63,027 nucleotides of DNA, filler included, from Bigelowiella natans CCMP2755 (GCA_000320545.1; 5 parts of 5 records of this genome joined end to end with filler, not necessarily neighbours in it), one strand, 5' to 3'; positions 13,352 to 27,983 are shown, numbered from the whole stretch's first letter. The notes: generated by a model not told the origin, from the sequence alone. Program-made: numbers and translations.

Positions 13352-14469
13352 AGATACATCCATGTACATATATTGTGTACAATTCTTTATATTTATCATG
13401 CTTTGCAAGAGGTCATTTGAAGCCCTTCCCAACCTACTCTGCCCATTCCTTTGAATTCACCACTTTAAGTAGAACGGAGCGAGAAGGGGGGGGGGGAGAA
13501 GAATGTATCACCAACTAACGCTTCAAGGCACGCTTCCTCTTTCTGAACACCCTTTCCATGCTGACACTGTGTGTAATTTCATTTGCTCACACAAATGACT
13601 TTCATCGACAAATCAAGCTCCGATTTTAAGTAGATGCTACTGCTACTATCAACGAGAAGTAAGTTGGATCATTGCAGTGTTCTTTTTAAATGGCATTTTT
13701 CTTCCGCATATTTATTGTTTGCGATGCAAGGGGGGGAAGGTGGATGACAGCATTGCACTACCAACGCTCGTATGGGCGCATGCACAGCAGTATTATTTAC
13801 CGGTATCCTTTCAAAACGCTTTGCTATGATTGCCGCTCCAGAATATCTGTTCCAACGGCAAATGGGATGAAAGGAATTTATGATGATGATGATGATGATG
13901 ATGATGTGACGAGGAGGACAATTGATGATCACATTCCTCTGATTTCAGAACCAAAAAAAAAGATATTATTGACATACGCGCTTCCTGCCCTCCGCAGTTT
14001 GGAGACGGTACACTTCGTGACGCCTTAAATTGTTATTGTTCTTGTTAAAATCGAACTTTAGTCGTTGTAAGCGGCGGCGTTCACTTACAAGGGACTACGA
14101 CGCTTTGGAACAGTTTCGGAATTTGCTCTTTGATGTGCACCTTAAGATGTATAGGATGGTGGAGTCTTCTGTGTACAAACTAGCAAATGTCAGAGCACGT
14201 TCTTACCTTGTATTTTAAAGCTTGCTGAATAAAATTGCCATCCACTGCAAACAAACAAACAAAATAATGAGATCACAGCAACCGAATGTAGTAGAAGGAG
14301 CTGGAAACAGAGGACCAACGTACCTACTAGCTTATACGGCGGCTTAAGTCCGAAGTTGAGTTTGTAGTATTCCAAATGTTTGCGAACCCTCTTGTAGCGC
14401 TGTGCAACATCAAATTTAACGACGAATTGCATCTATATTCCGACAATAATATACCTTGTGCTTCCCCAT
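11840..14469 (-). CDS. UTP23: rRNA-processing PIN-domain protein UTP23 (multi-exon)
   Basis: Spliced reading MGKHK|RYKRVRKHLEYYKLNFGLKPPYKLV|VDGNFIQQALKYK|VHIKEQIPKLF...|VTKCTVSKLR|YSGAAIIAKRFERIP|...LCFGAQTVSLRNTIRRVPAAPIIFIRECVPIFEPPS...KRKKRK|GPRQPNPLSCKKKKK. This matches the UTP23 N-terminal motif, PIN core and PNPLSC C-terminal motif. Confidence 0.88.
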
Positions 14470-14511
14470 TTCGTTGCTGTTGGCCTGGAGAAAGGTCACA
14501 CCCAGCAAATA

Positions 14512-14547
<36 letters not shown>

Positions 14548-14555
14548 ATCATAAC

Positions 14556-14596
<41 letters not shown>

Positions 14597-15435
14597 TCCA
14601 CCTTTACACGCAACTACAACAAAATGTAACAAATCGAAAATAGGATGTATCGCACTGTTCACGTTGGCCAGGAAAGGCAAGTAGGGATCCTCCCACCGTT
14701 CGGAACGACAAAAGACGACGGGGACCGCAGACAGAAGCGAGGACGGACGAAAAAGCGACTGCTTTTATCAGAGAATCTCTAAGGAATCTCTCCAAAACTC
14801 AAGGATACTTTGACCGGGATCCACATCGATTTCAACACTACGACTCAAACGGAGATTTAGTGAGAAAAATAATCTCCGGACTACTTTTAGGGTTTTCTTC
14901 GGAGCACGTGCCCTTTGCACAGCAGCATTGGAATGCACATCGATAAAAATCCGTCAGGATTTATATCATACGACACAAGATAGATCCTAAAATATCCTGA
15001 AGAACCGTAAACCCCGAAAGTCTTTTCTCGTCTCATAACGGGGAAAGCCTCGGGATATAGATGTCTATTTCGGGCTTGAACGTCCGGTGCAATTAACGCG
15101 GGAAGAAATGCTCCCTGCGACAGGATTATTCTCCTAAAGCCCTTCAAAATCGAAGACGTATCGAGCTAATTTGCCTGGGCTTTGCGGCAGTTTGTCCAAG
15201 CCAAAAAAAGAAGCTCTTCCTTTGGATACGTACAATTCGTCGTCGGAGAGTTCTGCCGATATTGTTATTCGCCAGCTATTTGCAGATATATTTCCTCGTA
15301 ATTACCTGCATTCCCATTAACTCAGAGAAATGAAATTGCAGTTAAGTGCTGAATCCTATTTTCTCTGTCCAACGAACTACTTTCTAACAGAGTACACAGA
15401 AGGAGAGGGGGGAGAGTCAGAAATATTGTATCGTG

Positions 15436-16194
15436 ATGGAAAACACCCACCTCAAAGATCACGTGGAGACCTTTGGTCCTCCTCATAAAGAGGCGCAGCT
15501 CTCCCTTCGTCGGCAAGCCCTATTTGCAGGTTACAGCCTGGGCATTTCCGTGTTCTCTCCAATGATGAACCTCTATCAAATCACGCGCCTTAACCCCGGG
15601 GTCAAAGCCTCATACCTACGTCTCTGTACGTCAATATATCCCCAACAAGCAGCCCTGCGGATGGTCCAGGTAAATGTTGCCACACCTATCAAGGACAACA
15701 TGAACCCTTGGGTGGCCTTCGCGGCATTGGGTGTTCTTCAGGGGGGGATCTACGGCCACGCCAACATCGAGCTAGCCCGTAGATTGGGAGTTGGATCGGC
15801 GGTAAAACTTAGCGGCATATTCCGGGGTTCTCTCTTCGCATTTGCGCGCGACATTATCTCGCAGGGTGGGCCCTTCATGCTGTCGCATAGATTCAGCGAG
15901 AGGTATCTGGACCCTGTCCTTCCTAGCACTGATAAGACTACCGTTACTGCCAAGCACTGGATATCAGTTCTAGGGATCTCAGTTGTAGCAACATACTTGT
16001 CGCATGGTTTTCACGTTTGCCAGACAGCGATGCAAACGAACCAGTCCCTCGGCTATTGGGGCGCGATGAGACACGTTTATGCACGTCACGGTATTCGGTT
16101 TCTCATCAATGGCGCGGAGGCAAGGGTAGGACTTCTACTTGTCACGAATATTTTCAATGAAATATTTCTAAAGCCTGCTTGGGGGGACCGATAG
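15436..16194 (+). CDS. Divergent mitochondrial carrier family (SLC25)-like protein, intronless
   Basis: About 252 aa with a threefold pattern of hydrophobic helices. GIFRGSLFAFARD and FLINGAEARVGLL resemble the carrier G...RG/R motifs. The Px[DE]xx[KR] motifs are degenerate. Confidence 0.55.
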   Translation: MENTHLKDHVETFGPPHKEAQLSLRRQALFAGYSLGISVFSPMMNLYQITRLNPGVKASYLRLCTSIYPQQAALRMVQVNVATPIKDNMNPWVAFAALGVLQGGIYGHANIELARRLGVGSAVKLSGIFRGSLFAFARDIISQGGPFMLSHRFSERYLDPVLPSTDKTTVTAKHWISVLGISVVATYLSHGFHVCQTAMQTNQSLGYWGAMRHVYARHGIRFLINGAEARVGLLLVTNIFNEIFLKPAWGDR

Positions 16195-17196
16195 TGATGG
16201 GGTATCGTCATCCGCCATTCCATCTTAGATTAACCTTTATAGAACCAAAATAATATGTTGAGAAATCATCGAGCGACACCGCTCTTTTAAAAAAACAGAC
16301 AAAACAGAAGTTTGTAGTTTAGTCGCGATGCATCATCATTTGGCATCGCAAGTCCCTCCGATGATTTTTGATTGGAGCTGACAGGGATTATTGTCTCCAC
16401 GAAAAGCATTTCTGTATATAATCTTGCTCTCGTGAAACAGACTACTTTCTTATCCATTGTGATTTGTGGTTCGCTACACCATCACATCTTCCATACATTG
16501 AAGGCAAAAAAATAGTTTTTTTGCAAATTCAAATTATTGTTACAGCGTTTTCCTTTGAAAATTATCATTGCACTCCCCACAACTTTCAATGCACTACACA
16601 AAGTCACACGTGCTTCCGCTGCAAACCAGAAGTGCATTGCATGATTGGACATTCCACAAAAAAAAACCATCATGCCTGGATGCGCCATCATGATTGTCAG
16701 CAGCATCTTGTGCGATGAGCACTTGTTGTACAACTTTTGAAATAAAGTAATCACGATGAAAATCGGAGCTAGCTAGCTATGTCTGCGTGGCGCCCGATGT
16801 GGCTCGATGCCTAGCTGGCATGCCTTGCTCATGTTTTTGCACAAATGCACTACACGCTTTACAATTGTGTAGCTAGCATCACGTGCGCGCATGCATGATT
16901 AGACAATGGACACTAGTGATGCGATGTGATGAGCATCGACGAGCTCTAGAGCTGTACACTGCTAGCTGCACAGCACGCAAAGGTTTGCACATGTCGCAAC
17001 TGTCATCCTCGCAAAAAGAGACATGCACAAGGCACATTTGCATGAGCATGTGTCTGCGGAATGCATGCATTTAGACATGTGATAGCAGGCACATTGCATG
17101 CTAGCATGGAGTACGATGCGCGATGTGGCTCATTCTTGGTCATATTTTCAATGTTGTCGCGTAATTCTTTCCGCACGTTGACCTGCACTGTGCATG

Positions 17197-20100
17197 CTAT
17201 CCACTGCCGGTATAATTCGCAGCTTCCCACCTTCGCCTCTCCTCAAGTCTTTTCTCACATGCGAGCAAAAACTTTTCCAAATCCCTAGAAGCTAAGCTTC
17301 TGACTTTTTGGTCAAGTCCGACTTCGCACAAATTGTTGAGCCGCACAAATTCCGATGGAAGGGAGAGGAATGCGCTATTCCCTTTCAGCTCGATCCTTTT
17401 TAGACCTTTGAGTAGGCCAATCTCCTTCGGAAGCGATACAATTTTGTTATCGTCGAGAGAGATGTACTCTAGCTTTGGACATCCCGCCAGCATCTTTCCG
17501 TCGAGAGACTCGATTCTGTTTCTGTCAGCACCGAGATATCGGAAAGAGGAGAGATTTTCTAGTCCTTTTGGAAGGGTACTTAGCTGATTATCTCGGCAGT
17601 AAACTCCCGTGCACGCTGGGAGGTGACCAGGCTGGAACATGGGAAGTGACTTTAGCTTGTTGTTACAAAGCATCAGCGACGACAGATGAGAGAGGTTGAG
17701 AATTTCCGGGGGAAGAGATGCGAGTTCGTTATGCTCCAGGTACAAGGAACCCAACTTCTCCATCCCCGCAATACTCGGGGGCAGCGACATCAACTTGTTG
17801 TTGTCAAGCCGGAGCACAGTAATGCTCGCCCAGTTCTTCCCCATATTGTCTGGGAGGGAGACGAGCTCATTATTGCCTAGTCTTAGTTCCCCAAGGCGAG
17901 TGATATGAGAGAAGGAGTTGGGGAGAGACGATAGACGGTTCTGGCTCAGTAGAAGCCTTCGCAGCGATGTCAGAGCTCCAAACCCATCCGGCAGGATCTT
18001 TAGGCCATTGTTACATAGATTCATCTCTACGAGCGATTTCATGTCGCAGATCTGCTCGGGAAGCGCTGCGAGGCAGTTCTCTTGAGCCTGTAGTTCTTCC
18101 AGATTCACTGCGTTCTTGATGTCCACGGGAAGTTTTGAGAGCTTGTTGCGGCCGATGTAAAGCTTCCTCAACCTCGGCAGCAGAGCAACCATAGCATCTC
18201 CCAACTCTGGGAACTCGTTGCGAGAAACGTCGAGCACCGTCAGATTTCTGAGTCTCCGCATAGCTTTTGGTAGACATTCCAGCTGGTTCTCGCTTAGAAA
18301 TAGTTCCGTTAACGTATCAGCAGCCGCTGCAGCCTCCGCCGGCAACGATCTGAGTTGGTTGGCGGTTAGATTCAGCATAACGAGGCGATCAAGCCGTTTT
18401 ACAAGCCTCGGTGATACTGTTTTGATGCCAAGTCGGGTGAGAACCACCTCTTCTACCCCGCGAATGTCGAAGAGGCACTTAGGGATGGCCTCGAGAGGCC
18501 CACACGTTGACGGAACATTCACTCGTTTTCGGAGCGCGACAACTCTTTCCCACACGAGACGGACAAAATCGAGCACTTTTGTGAGAGCGGCCGCTTCAAA
18601 CTCAAGCCTTCCTCCTCTTCCCACCTCGCCGAAGCAACTGCTACTGCTGCTGCTACTACTACTACTACTGTCGCTATTGGTGCTGTCAGATGAGGAAACA
18701 AGGGCAGGCAGCAGCTTTTCTCCCATGAACGAAAGCAGGGAGTAAAATCGAAGATTTGATGATGCATTGCTGCTATAGTAATAGCCTTCATAGTCCATCC
18801 ATGGAGCCGACTCGAAGGAGCACATCAGCTGGTGGGGTTATGTGCGGGTAGATATGAAAAATAAGGATCGGCAAAATATGACTCAGAAATTAGTTTTTTA
18901 GCATATCCTTAGTATATGTCATAAGTTATAATTTCTATATTCATTCGTGTGCGCGCTGATGAATGAAGCTTCATTGTCAATTGAGGAAGAATACGACATT
19001 TGAAAAGGAAAATCATTCGTTCACCACCTCAAGTGCATAGAAGAAGGTTTGGGTTTTCTCGCCTGCTCCTCCGGACTTCAGTAGCGATTGGAATGCGGAA
19101 AGGCACTTGATAAGAGCCGTTCTTATTCTCCTCCACGTGGTGGTCATGTCTTCGTTACCTTTCTCCTCTCGATTTTCCTTTTTGTCGTTAGCAGATCCTT
19201 GTAATAATACCGTCGGAGTTGTTCTTCCGTCCGTCTTTGCCCTTGCCGATTTTTCGCTGCTCCTCTTCACTTCGTTGTCGGTAGACCCCCCTCCTTCTTC
19301 CTCCTCCTCTGATTGTAGGTTATTATTATAGCCACCCCCTCTTTTCGTATTGATAACCACCGCTTCCTGGAGGCAATCAATAGCTTCCTCTATCGACGCA
19401 TACAAATCGGCCCACAGCATCATGTTCATCGTCGTATATTGAGGCGCTACGGATACCACTACTACTTTCTTGTCACTATCATGAGCCTTACCACCTCCTT
19501 GTCCCTCCTCCTCCTCCTCCTCCTCGTCGTTCTTATGATCGTTGCTGCTCCCCTGGCTGTCGGCTGCATCTGCCAACGACTTGATCGCCCCATCCTCATC
19601 GCCACAACCCCACTGAGAGATGGCCTCCACAACAGCTGGCCCGCAGCGCACACCGGCGGCATGAAAGCTCAGAGGGATTAGCAAATTCGCATGCCTCCGG
19701 GCATAGTGCCAGGCTCGTAGACTGATGGGAGGGGCGAGAGGCTCGATTTCAGGATCTTCCAGGTCATCATGTAGATTCGACGTCCTCTTCCAGGTATGGC
19801 TGCCTTCTGAGGACGACCCCCACATGTGAATGTTCCCGAAGAACAGACCCCGCCAGTCAAATCGAGGAGGGTTCAAGAAGCGTGCCAGATCCACCTGCAA
19901 GGACCACTTCCTCCACGCGCTCGTTGAGACCGTGTTCAACGCCGCGAGCTGCGAGATATGCCGTTTCCGATCCAGAGTCTGATTCTTTGCGGCCATCGCA
20001 TTTCTCGCGTGCCGGACATAAACGCTGTTAATGAGCGTCATTTCGTATCCTGGCACACGTGCCGCAGAGAGCCATCGAAGTGTTGATATGCATATAGCCT

Positions 20101-22985
20101 TTTTATCCTTTTCTCTCTGCTCAGCATCCTTGCTCCCCCCCCCCCCCCCCCTCCAAGGGCAAGTCAACTCCCAAGCAATCGTGTAGGTCGCTTTCAACCC
20201 TCCGCCAGAAAAGGGTAGGAGTGGGTGAGGAACGAGATTTTCCTCAACGGAATAAGGATTACAAGTCAAAAACAACAACCACAACCATAACAAGAGGAAG
20301 AAACCCAGCAAAGGGGACAACGGTCAAATATATTCTTCGTACATCGACCATGGGAGAGATCCTCGGCGATCATGATTACTTGTTGTTGCCGTTAGAAATT
20401 CACCGCTCTTTGCATGCATGTTGAAGAAATTCAAAAGAAATATATATATCTAGCCTTCCTACAAAATATGTCGAGGTTTTCTCGTAGAACTAGAGATCTC
20501 ATGTACTTAGTTGCTATAATCATCATCTATCATCATCATCCTTTCTCCCACTCACTAACCATCATCGTCATCATTATCATCATTATCTCGTCGTCATCAA
20601 ATAGTCTGCAAACGTAGACCAAATCGGCACCTTCTTCCTCCGTCTGCTGCGGGGGAGTGATGAGAAACCTGACGAATCTGATTACTTCTTGCGTGGTCTG
20701 CCGTCGCGTGTTCTTGGAAGATCTCAGTAGCCGTCGTAGCTCATGCTTGATGCTCCTCGCAACCATTTCCCCAATTATCCTACTCTTTGCAACCGACACT
20801 ATTGCCTTCTCTTCGTCATCCTTCGTTGCGATAACAGCGACAAACCCTCTCCCCTCCCCTTTCGGCCAAATCCAGGACTTTCTATCCGCACACTTCGTCA
20901 GATACCCGGTTGCAGCTGCCTGGTCAGTGTTCCTTAGCACCAACAGTAGATGGCGGAGTGGAAGGCCGCTCTGGTGTAGGATACTAGCAATATCGACGTT
21001 GTCAGGGAATGCTGCCGGAGGGTTGTTCTCATCATAGCCAACACCCCTTTGTGGAGTAGTAGTATCAGTAGTAGTATTAGCAGTTGAAGCAAGAATTAGA
21101 AGCAAAGTAATAACAGTTAAGTCCGCCGTAAGAGATAGCCAGCGCGTGCGGATGTAAGGAAAGTATGGCGAGGCATAAGCAAAGAGGGGGAAAGCGGCGA
21201 TGAGAAAGGGTGGGAAAGAGCATGAAATCAAGGGTATTTCTGCGCATGATTCTAAGAATGGGGACAACGCTAACAAATGGCATTTAAAGAGAATACAAAC
21301 CAGAGACCATCACATCAAAAACAGTCTGCTGCCAAACATACAGCAGCAAAGAATGTTCTTACTCGCCGCTCGGAAGGTGATCAGCCGCTGCCTCCATGGC
21401 TTCCATAACTCGCCGCGTAACGAGCTCTACCAGTGTGGAGCACAAGTAGGTTGTTGCTGCCAGGAGGTTGGCCTCGTGAGAAGAAGCCTGCTGCGAACCC
21501 CATCCTGATAACGTATCAGAGCTGAGCGGCAGCTGAAGGCCCTTCGTCCTCGGGACGACATTGCGCAGGTACTCAGGCCGAAGCATGCGGTAGAAAATGG
21601 AGCTGGGAGTGCTTGGAAGATGCGTTGTGGCGAAAGGATGCTCTGGGGGTGCCCACCGCGCCAAATCCAGAAGGTAGTACCTATGGCGTTTCGACGAGCG
21701 ATGATGATGGCTATTAGCGCGGTTGTCTACATTCGCCTCCCTCCCCTTATCATCATCAAGCTCTGCTTCCTCCTCCTCCTCCTCCTCCTCCTCCTCTTCC
21801 ACCATGTGGCCTTCCACATCCCCGCCCGAGTGGAGATACGTTCCGTGGACATTGTGACCTGCAAGTGACAGGTGAGCCCCCGCCCTCTGCATAGCTCTGT
21901 CGAAGAAGAAGCCTGGGTCTGAATTGTGAATCGTCTTACCGCCGTCACAGGAGCCATAAATCAGCTGCGAGTTTCGAAGGGGGAGGAGAGGCATAACAAC
22001 AATGCGAAAGCCACGATAGTCAACGATGATTTGCCAAGGTACTTGGATGTTGATAGAGTGCTGCAGAAAGAACGAGTAGAACTCATTTGCGCCGTGTAGC
22101 TCGTGCGCACACGCCTTGGCCGCACGATCTAAGTCTGGAAGCTCACCCCCCCCGTATAAGTACCTAACGATTGAGTAGAACTATTATCATATGGCACAGG
22201 GGCGGGGGTGTGAGTCTCTATATCGGAGAATACATATTCGACGATGATGATAACGGGTTTTCTTCTTTTTGCGTTCTCTTCTTCGTCGTTGCATTTGAGG
22301 AGCAATCAACCGATACGTGTTGTCGGCAATAGTAATCTTGGGGTCGACAGCTAGCTTGAAGAGGAAACCCTTTGCAATGAACTTGGTACCGCCTGCAACC
22401 CCTCCCACCGAGATTGGAGGATATCTTTTCTGCTTCTTTCTTTTATCGTCTTCCTGCTGCTCCTTCTCCCCATCCTTCGATTCATGCGGTGCATTGCTTC
22501 CCAGCGAGTGGCTAGTTCCTCCCATCGCTGCTGCGCGCCATTCGCTATGGTTCTCATTTATGATCTCAGCTGCAATGGGGACCGCTATAGTTTTGAATTT
22601 GCGATTCATTTCCGATAACAACCTCATTTTTTCCTCTGTGTGCTAAGGATCAACAACATTGCCTATTAGGTATATGCTTTAGTAAGTTGTGAATATCTGC
22701 GTGGATGACCTTGCAGTCTATAAGTTGTTTGTGAGCTCTCGCTGCCCACAACGAATCTTCGCTATAAGGGAGCTGAGATTGTGCGCGGGTGCTGTTTTGA
22801 TCGGTTTTCTGTGAAAATGCAGATTTTGACTCAATGCCAGGTAGATGATCATCGTTCATCTCTTTCCATGGGGGACCTGGTCCGCAGCATTATTTTTGTT
22901 CGTATAGCCGCTAGATAACCCATATTGAGAATGTGCTTCCCCAGATTTATTTGCACTATAATTCTGAAGAGATCCTAAGCATGCC

Positions 22986-23068
<83 letters not shown>

Positions 23069-23410
23069 TATTTACATATATACACATACATATACATACG
23101 TAGAACATTTATATATGTGCACACGCGTGTGTGCTTGTGTATCAACATAATACACATGTGTAAACATTACAGTTGTGTGTTGCTGGAGCGTATTTCATCT
23201 GTCTTTCAGCGACATACCTGCAAATGATACTTTAACAGCATTTTCATAAGAATGGTTTTTCGAACTCAAGTCTCCAGCACCGTCTTTATCATCTTTTACA
23301 GCCGATGATACTGGAAGCCCGTCAGAATTGCCATTTCCCCTGCAGTCCTTAACATCCTTAGATGCGTGCATGTAAGGAGCTGCAACCAAGCCAATAAAAA
23401 AAAAGCAACA
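17197..23410 (-). CDS. CLU-central-domain protein with C-terminal leucine-rich repeats (multi-exon)
   Basis: CLU motifs GGVAGGTKF..GFLFKLAVDP, AAKACAHELHG, IVDYRGFRIVVMPLLP, LIYGSCDGGKTIH, DVEGH, YLLDLARWAPPE, FYRMLRPE and PLSSD (21359-22627). ORF 17197-18825 has more than a dozen LxxLxLxxNxLxxLP repeats on the same strand downstream. Joining them into one gene is inferred, and the start is approximate. Confidence 0.78.
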
Positions 23411-23865
23411 CATACCTTCCCGTCATCCACTGTGGATGACACCTTGAAGTCATAGCAGGTTGCGTACATCATTGCGAACGCACAAATTCTATGGAGTTTG
23501 ATGCACAGGGGACTACATGCACCGGTGCTCATACATGGAAGGACCGGATTTCCCTGGTTATGCAGGGCGTTTTTCTGCTGCGTCTTGACATGGGAAATAT
23601 CGTCGGAATCTCGAGAGAATCTCCATCCCTCTCTTTGTCCTCTCACGATGTCGACCGACTACCAACGCCTCTCATCCGAATTCTGCATATGCGACCTGGA
23701 AATTGGCCTATAAAATCTGAAATTAGAGGGCATTTATATTGCCAAATAAACTCGTCCGCCTTTCGGCGACGAGCGTTCGACGAGAAAGAAAGCGTCACGG
23801 GGACAGGGACCGAGTTAATAGGTATCAAATCAGCGGTCTGTACCGCTATCGGATGATACAAGAGC

Positions 23866-25754
23866 ATGGGAAATAAACAGTGCTACCAGGCTCCCGATGT
23901 TCCTGTGGAGAAGGGGCTTTCAAGCTTTCCTTCTGAGTACGATGATAGCAACTCCGAAACCGAATCTTGGTGCAAAGAAACCAATAACAACTGTCGGTCC
24001 TATTCGCCCTTGCGAGGAGTAGCCTCAGTCGCCTATGATAGCGAGAGGACTGTGGAATCTCCTAAACCAATCGTTCTTCGACAGCTTCGTCAGAAAGAAG
24101 CACAAGAACAATCTCTGAGGAGATCAACACACGAAAGTTTAGCATCTAAAGAGAAATATGACAAACGCTCGTCGCGCGCGTACATTCCGCCCCCTCCCCC
24201 GAGAAAAAATATTAGGCTTAGATCCTCGCTTTCGGTTTCGGGAAAAAGGCGAAGGAGAACACCGCCTCCACCGCCCCCAAGGATTGTCCGAAGACTTATA
24301 GGTATACTCCGTCCAACTATAAGAAAAAGTTTATGAAATAAGGGCCATTTTAGGACGATTGAGAGGTTTTGCAGCTGATGGCGGTTTGTGAGGGTTTCAT
24401 GGCACATTATTCTTTTCTCGCGTTTCTCTTGTACTACCATATTGCTGACTTTGGATGTATTAGACTACTTTATGATCGTACGAACGAGACCTGAATCGTC
24501 CTTAGCACTCTGTCCATCTTCGTCGTCGTCAACGACAACTGCATCGCTATCACCATCCTTACCCTCACCGGCAGCACTCCCATTGCTACACACCAGGGGA
24601 TGCACACCAACAAGCTGCGAAATTCAGGCATCTCTCAACAAGTTGGCAGCTGTCAGCTCACGAATAACAGCTCGTTTTCCTCCCAATGACCATAAAGATC
24701 TTCTTTTCGATGCCAATTTTGGACTTGCCTTTGCCTTTCTCGATGATTTAAAGCTTTCCGCATCGCCACGCACACCCTATCTTTATCCATCAGTGCTGAC
24801 TCGGGAAAATGGGGAACGCCTGTATGATGTGATGTGATATCATATGATATGATACGATGAAGCCTGCATGATATGATGTGACATTGTATGATATTGTGAG
24901 ATATGATATGAGATTTAATTCCGTTGTTTGTCTCTCATGTTAATACTGTGGAAGATCACAATGCTAGCAATGATGAGAATGATGGCATTAATGATGACGG
25001 TGGCAGTTATTTTGACGAGGACTAATACGACGTTGATGATGACAAAACATCAGATATGCAAGCTATCTGATCATGGATGATCCTCAGACGGTAAGAATTC
25101 GTTTTAGACAAGTGGTAAATACTGAAAACAAACGAAGAAGGCTGAAGGCGCAACACAGGAGGTCTAAGAGCGGCGCATCGGTCCTACGAATGCGGAGGGG
25201 AACGCCGCAATCACTTAAGGAGGCCACTGCTGTCGCAGCAGCACCATCAACTATAAACGCAAAGGAAAATGACGAGCGGCGACGAAATGAGGAGAAAGAT
25301 GACGAAAAAGACAAATCAACGTGGAATACCACGAAGAAGCACGATATGGGAGTGGTGACTGTCCAATGCTACGCACCGATGGCTGTTTGCATCCTGAGTC
25401 ATTATCCAAAGCTAATATTGTTCAAACAAATCCTCGAGGCCATACTCGAGAGGTAGGTGCTATAGAATGATAATGATAGTGTGACGTATAGAGGAAAGGA
25501 GTGTATGTTGTTGGTATATCCTGAATCACGATGGCCTGATAAATACAACGACTGTTTTTCACCAGATACTACTACAGAGGGAAGCAAGGCACCCAACGAG
25601 ATGGGGAGGAGGAGGAAGAGGCCATTCGAGCAGGAGGAAAGGGAAGTGGAAGAGGAAGGGAGGGAAGCGACGCAGCCTATAATATCTCTTCGTCGTTTGA
25701 GGCTGTCATCACACAAATGCTGAAAAGGGTTCCTATACCGATACCGGGTAACAA

Positions 25755-25785
<31 letters not shown>

Positions 25786-27771
25786 TGTTGTAGGAGAAGC
25801 AGTAGTTTTAGTAGCACTAGTACAGTAGTAACATTGCGAATCAATCTCACCAGGCAAGGTGTGCGTCCAGTTCTCGTTCCTTTCAAAATGGTTCAAATGT
25901 CAGCTCCCTGGCTTGCGGTCACCGTACGAGCCTCTGCTGCCTCTCAGGCATCTCTTCAATGGCTGCTGCTGCTGCTTTGGGCTTGAAGAGATCCTAACCC
26001 TCATTGCTGCCTTGATGCTGGAGAGAAAAATGCTTTTCCACTCATCTTATCCTTCGCGACTGACAATGATACCTCTAACGCTGCTGCAGCTCTTTCACCC
26101 ATTTCAGTGGTGGTATACATTCGTTCCCACGGTATGAAGAAGTACTACAACTGATCTCTGCCGCTAAGTCTTACTTTAATCTCTCTTGCCCCTTCTCTCC
26201 CCCTCGCCCCCCTCACGCTACACATACAGGTAAGAGGCGAAATGATCGAAACTCTGCTACAGATGCCCTCCCCTTATATCCTTGGCACGATGACTAGGAA
26301 TCTAAGCAGATTTAAGGGCCGTGAGGCGGCAGTGTTTGGTGGTAGCAGCAGCACAAGCAACGATAACACGATCATCATAGATTTGGATCGAGGTACCATC
26401 ACCTCTCACGGACGCGAACCCCCTCGACTGCCGGAAATGGTGGCGACGAAGAAGCTTCGCAGCCGAGTGAGTCGTATACTTGCAGGCGCCAGCTACAACG
26501 ACGGTGGTAACGAATGTGAAGAAGAGGAGGAAGAAGAAGAAGAAGAAGAAGAAGTTGATGCAGATACTACTGATAGTGCCAAGATACGTTCTCAGCAGAT
26601 GAATCGTCACCATTACCATCATAATAGCCATCACTATTTCCATGATTCGATTCCATCCTATGCCTTCGATCGGCAGCCCTCCGCCTCCCCTATCTTCCTA
26701 CCTGAGAACCCCGACTCCTTTCAGCTACTTGAGCGGCAAAATTACCCTCATCATGGTCATCGTGGCCGTTGTCGTGATAATAAGTTTCATCTCTACGAAG
26801 GCCACGACTGGGAGGCGAAGCAGCATTCAGCAACAAAGACTAGGGAGTGTACAGTTAGGCAATGGAGGAGGCGTAGCCAAACAGCTGAGAGCGACATTTT
26901 ACCAAAACTAGAAGCGAAGGAGGGAGGACGAGAGATGAAATCAAAGTGCGAGCATTGCAGCAGGAGAAGCAACGCTATCAACAGCAACAACAGCGACAGG
27001 AATGAGAATGATGGTGGCAGGAAGTACGTAATTGGCATGGTGAGGACATACGCAAAGGAGACAAACCATCCACATCATCATCGTCATCATCATCATCATC
27101 ATCACCCCAGGTCCTACCATCGTTGTTTCTCAGAAGGAACGGACAGTAACAGCTTTGACGAAGACAGACTGATAAGCGTGCCCGATAGGGAGATCTACAC
27201 GGCTTTCTACCACTTCTACGCCGATGTGATGGCTGGATACCGCAACTTCCTGCGTTTTGCAGGAACGACCCCCTTCTTCAACCAACGGGACTTTGTCCAA
27301 CGCCAAATAGCCAATCCATTACTTGTGCCCTTATCAACCAAGGGGGCGACAACAGCAGAGGCAGAACCATTTTGGTCTTTCTTAGACACGTTCACCAACG
27401 GGCAGTCTTTCAGCGTGTACTTGGAGGACGAGGCGACTGCAGAGGACCCATACCATGAAATGTTGTCGCTACACGTCGATAGTAATCTCTGTCGAATGGC
27501 CAGATCCGTGCTTGAGCAAGAATACGGGATGCAGAGGCAGCATCGAAGCACAGTCATCATTGAGGATGAAAGCGATCAGAATATTGAGGATGACGCTCTT
27601 AGAGCAAAGACGGCGGCTGCTGTCGCTACTGCAACTTCATTTGGTTTGGATTTTACGCAAGAAGACGTGAAGAAGTCTTGGGATAGGGTCCAGCCGGTAG
27701 TTACGCCTCATGCCGCACGGATCTTGTCTGCTAAGGAATGGAGAGTCTACGATATCAATTTCAAAGGGTAA
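23866..27771 (+). CDS. DENN-domain protein (Rab GEF family), multi-exon; the 3' end may run into the gap
   Basis: uDENN: RFPPNDH, VLTRENGERL. cDENN: AVCILSHYP, ALMLERKMLFHS, LFHPFQWWYTFVP, LQMPSPYILG, IIDLDRG. dDENN: FYADVMAGYRNFL, FNQRDFV, FLDTFTNGQSFSVYLE. Confidence 0.85.
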
Positions 27772-27789
27772 ATATAGTTCATATCAACA

Positions 27790-27921
<132 letters not shown>

Positions 27922-27983
27922 AGATATATATCTATACTCACAGAGAGAGATAGAGATCGCACTCTCTCCATTCACACACAAAC

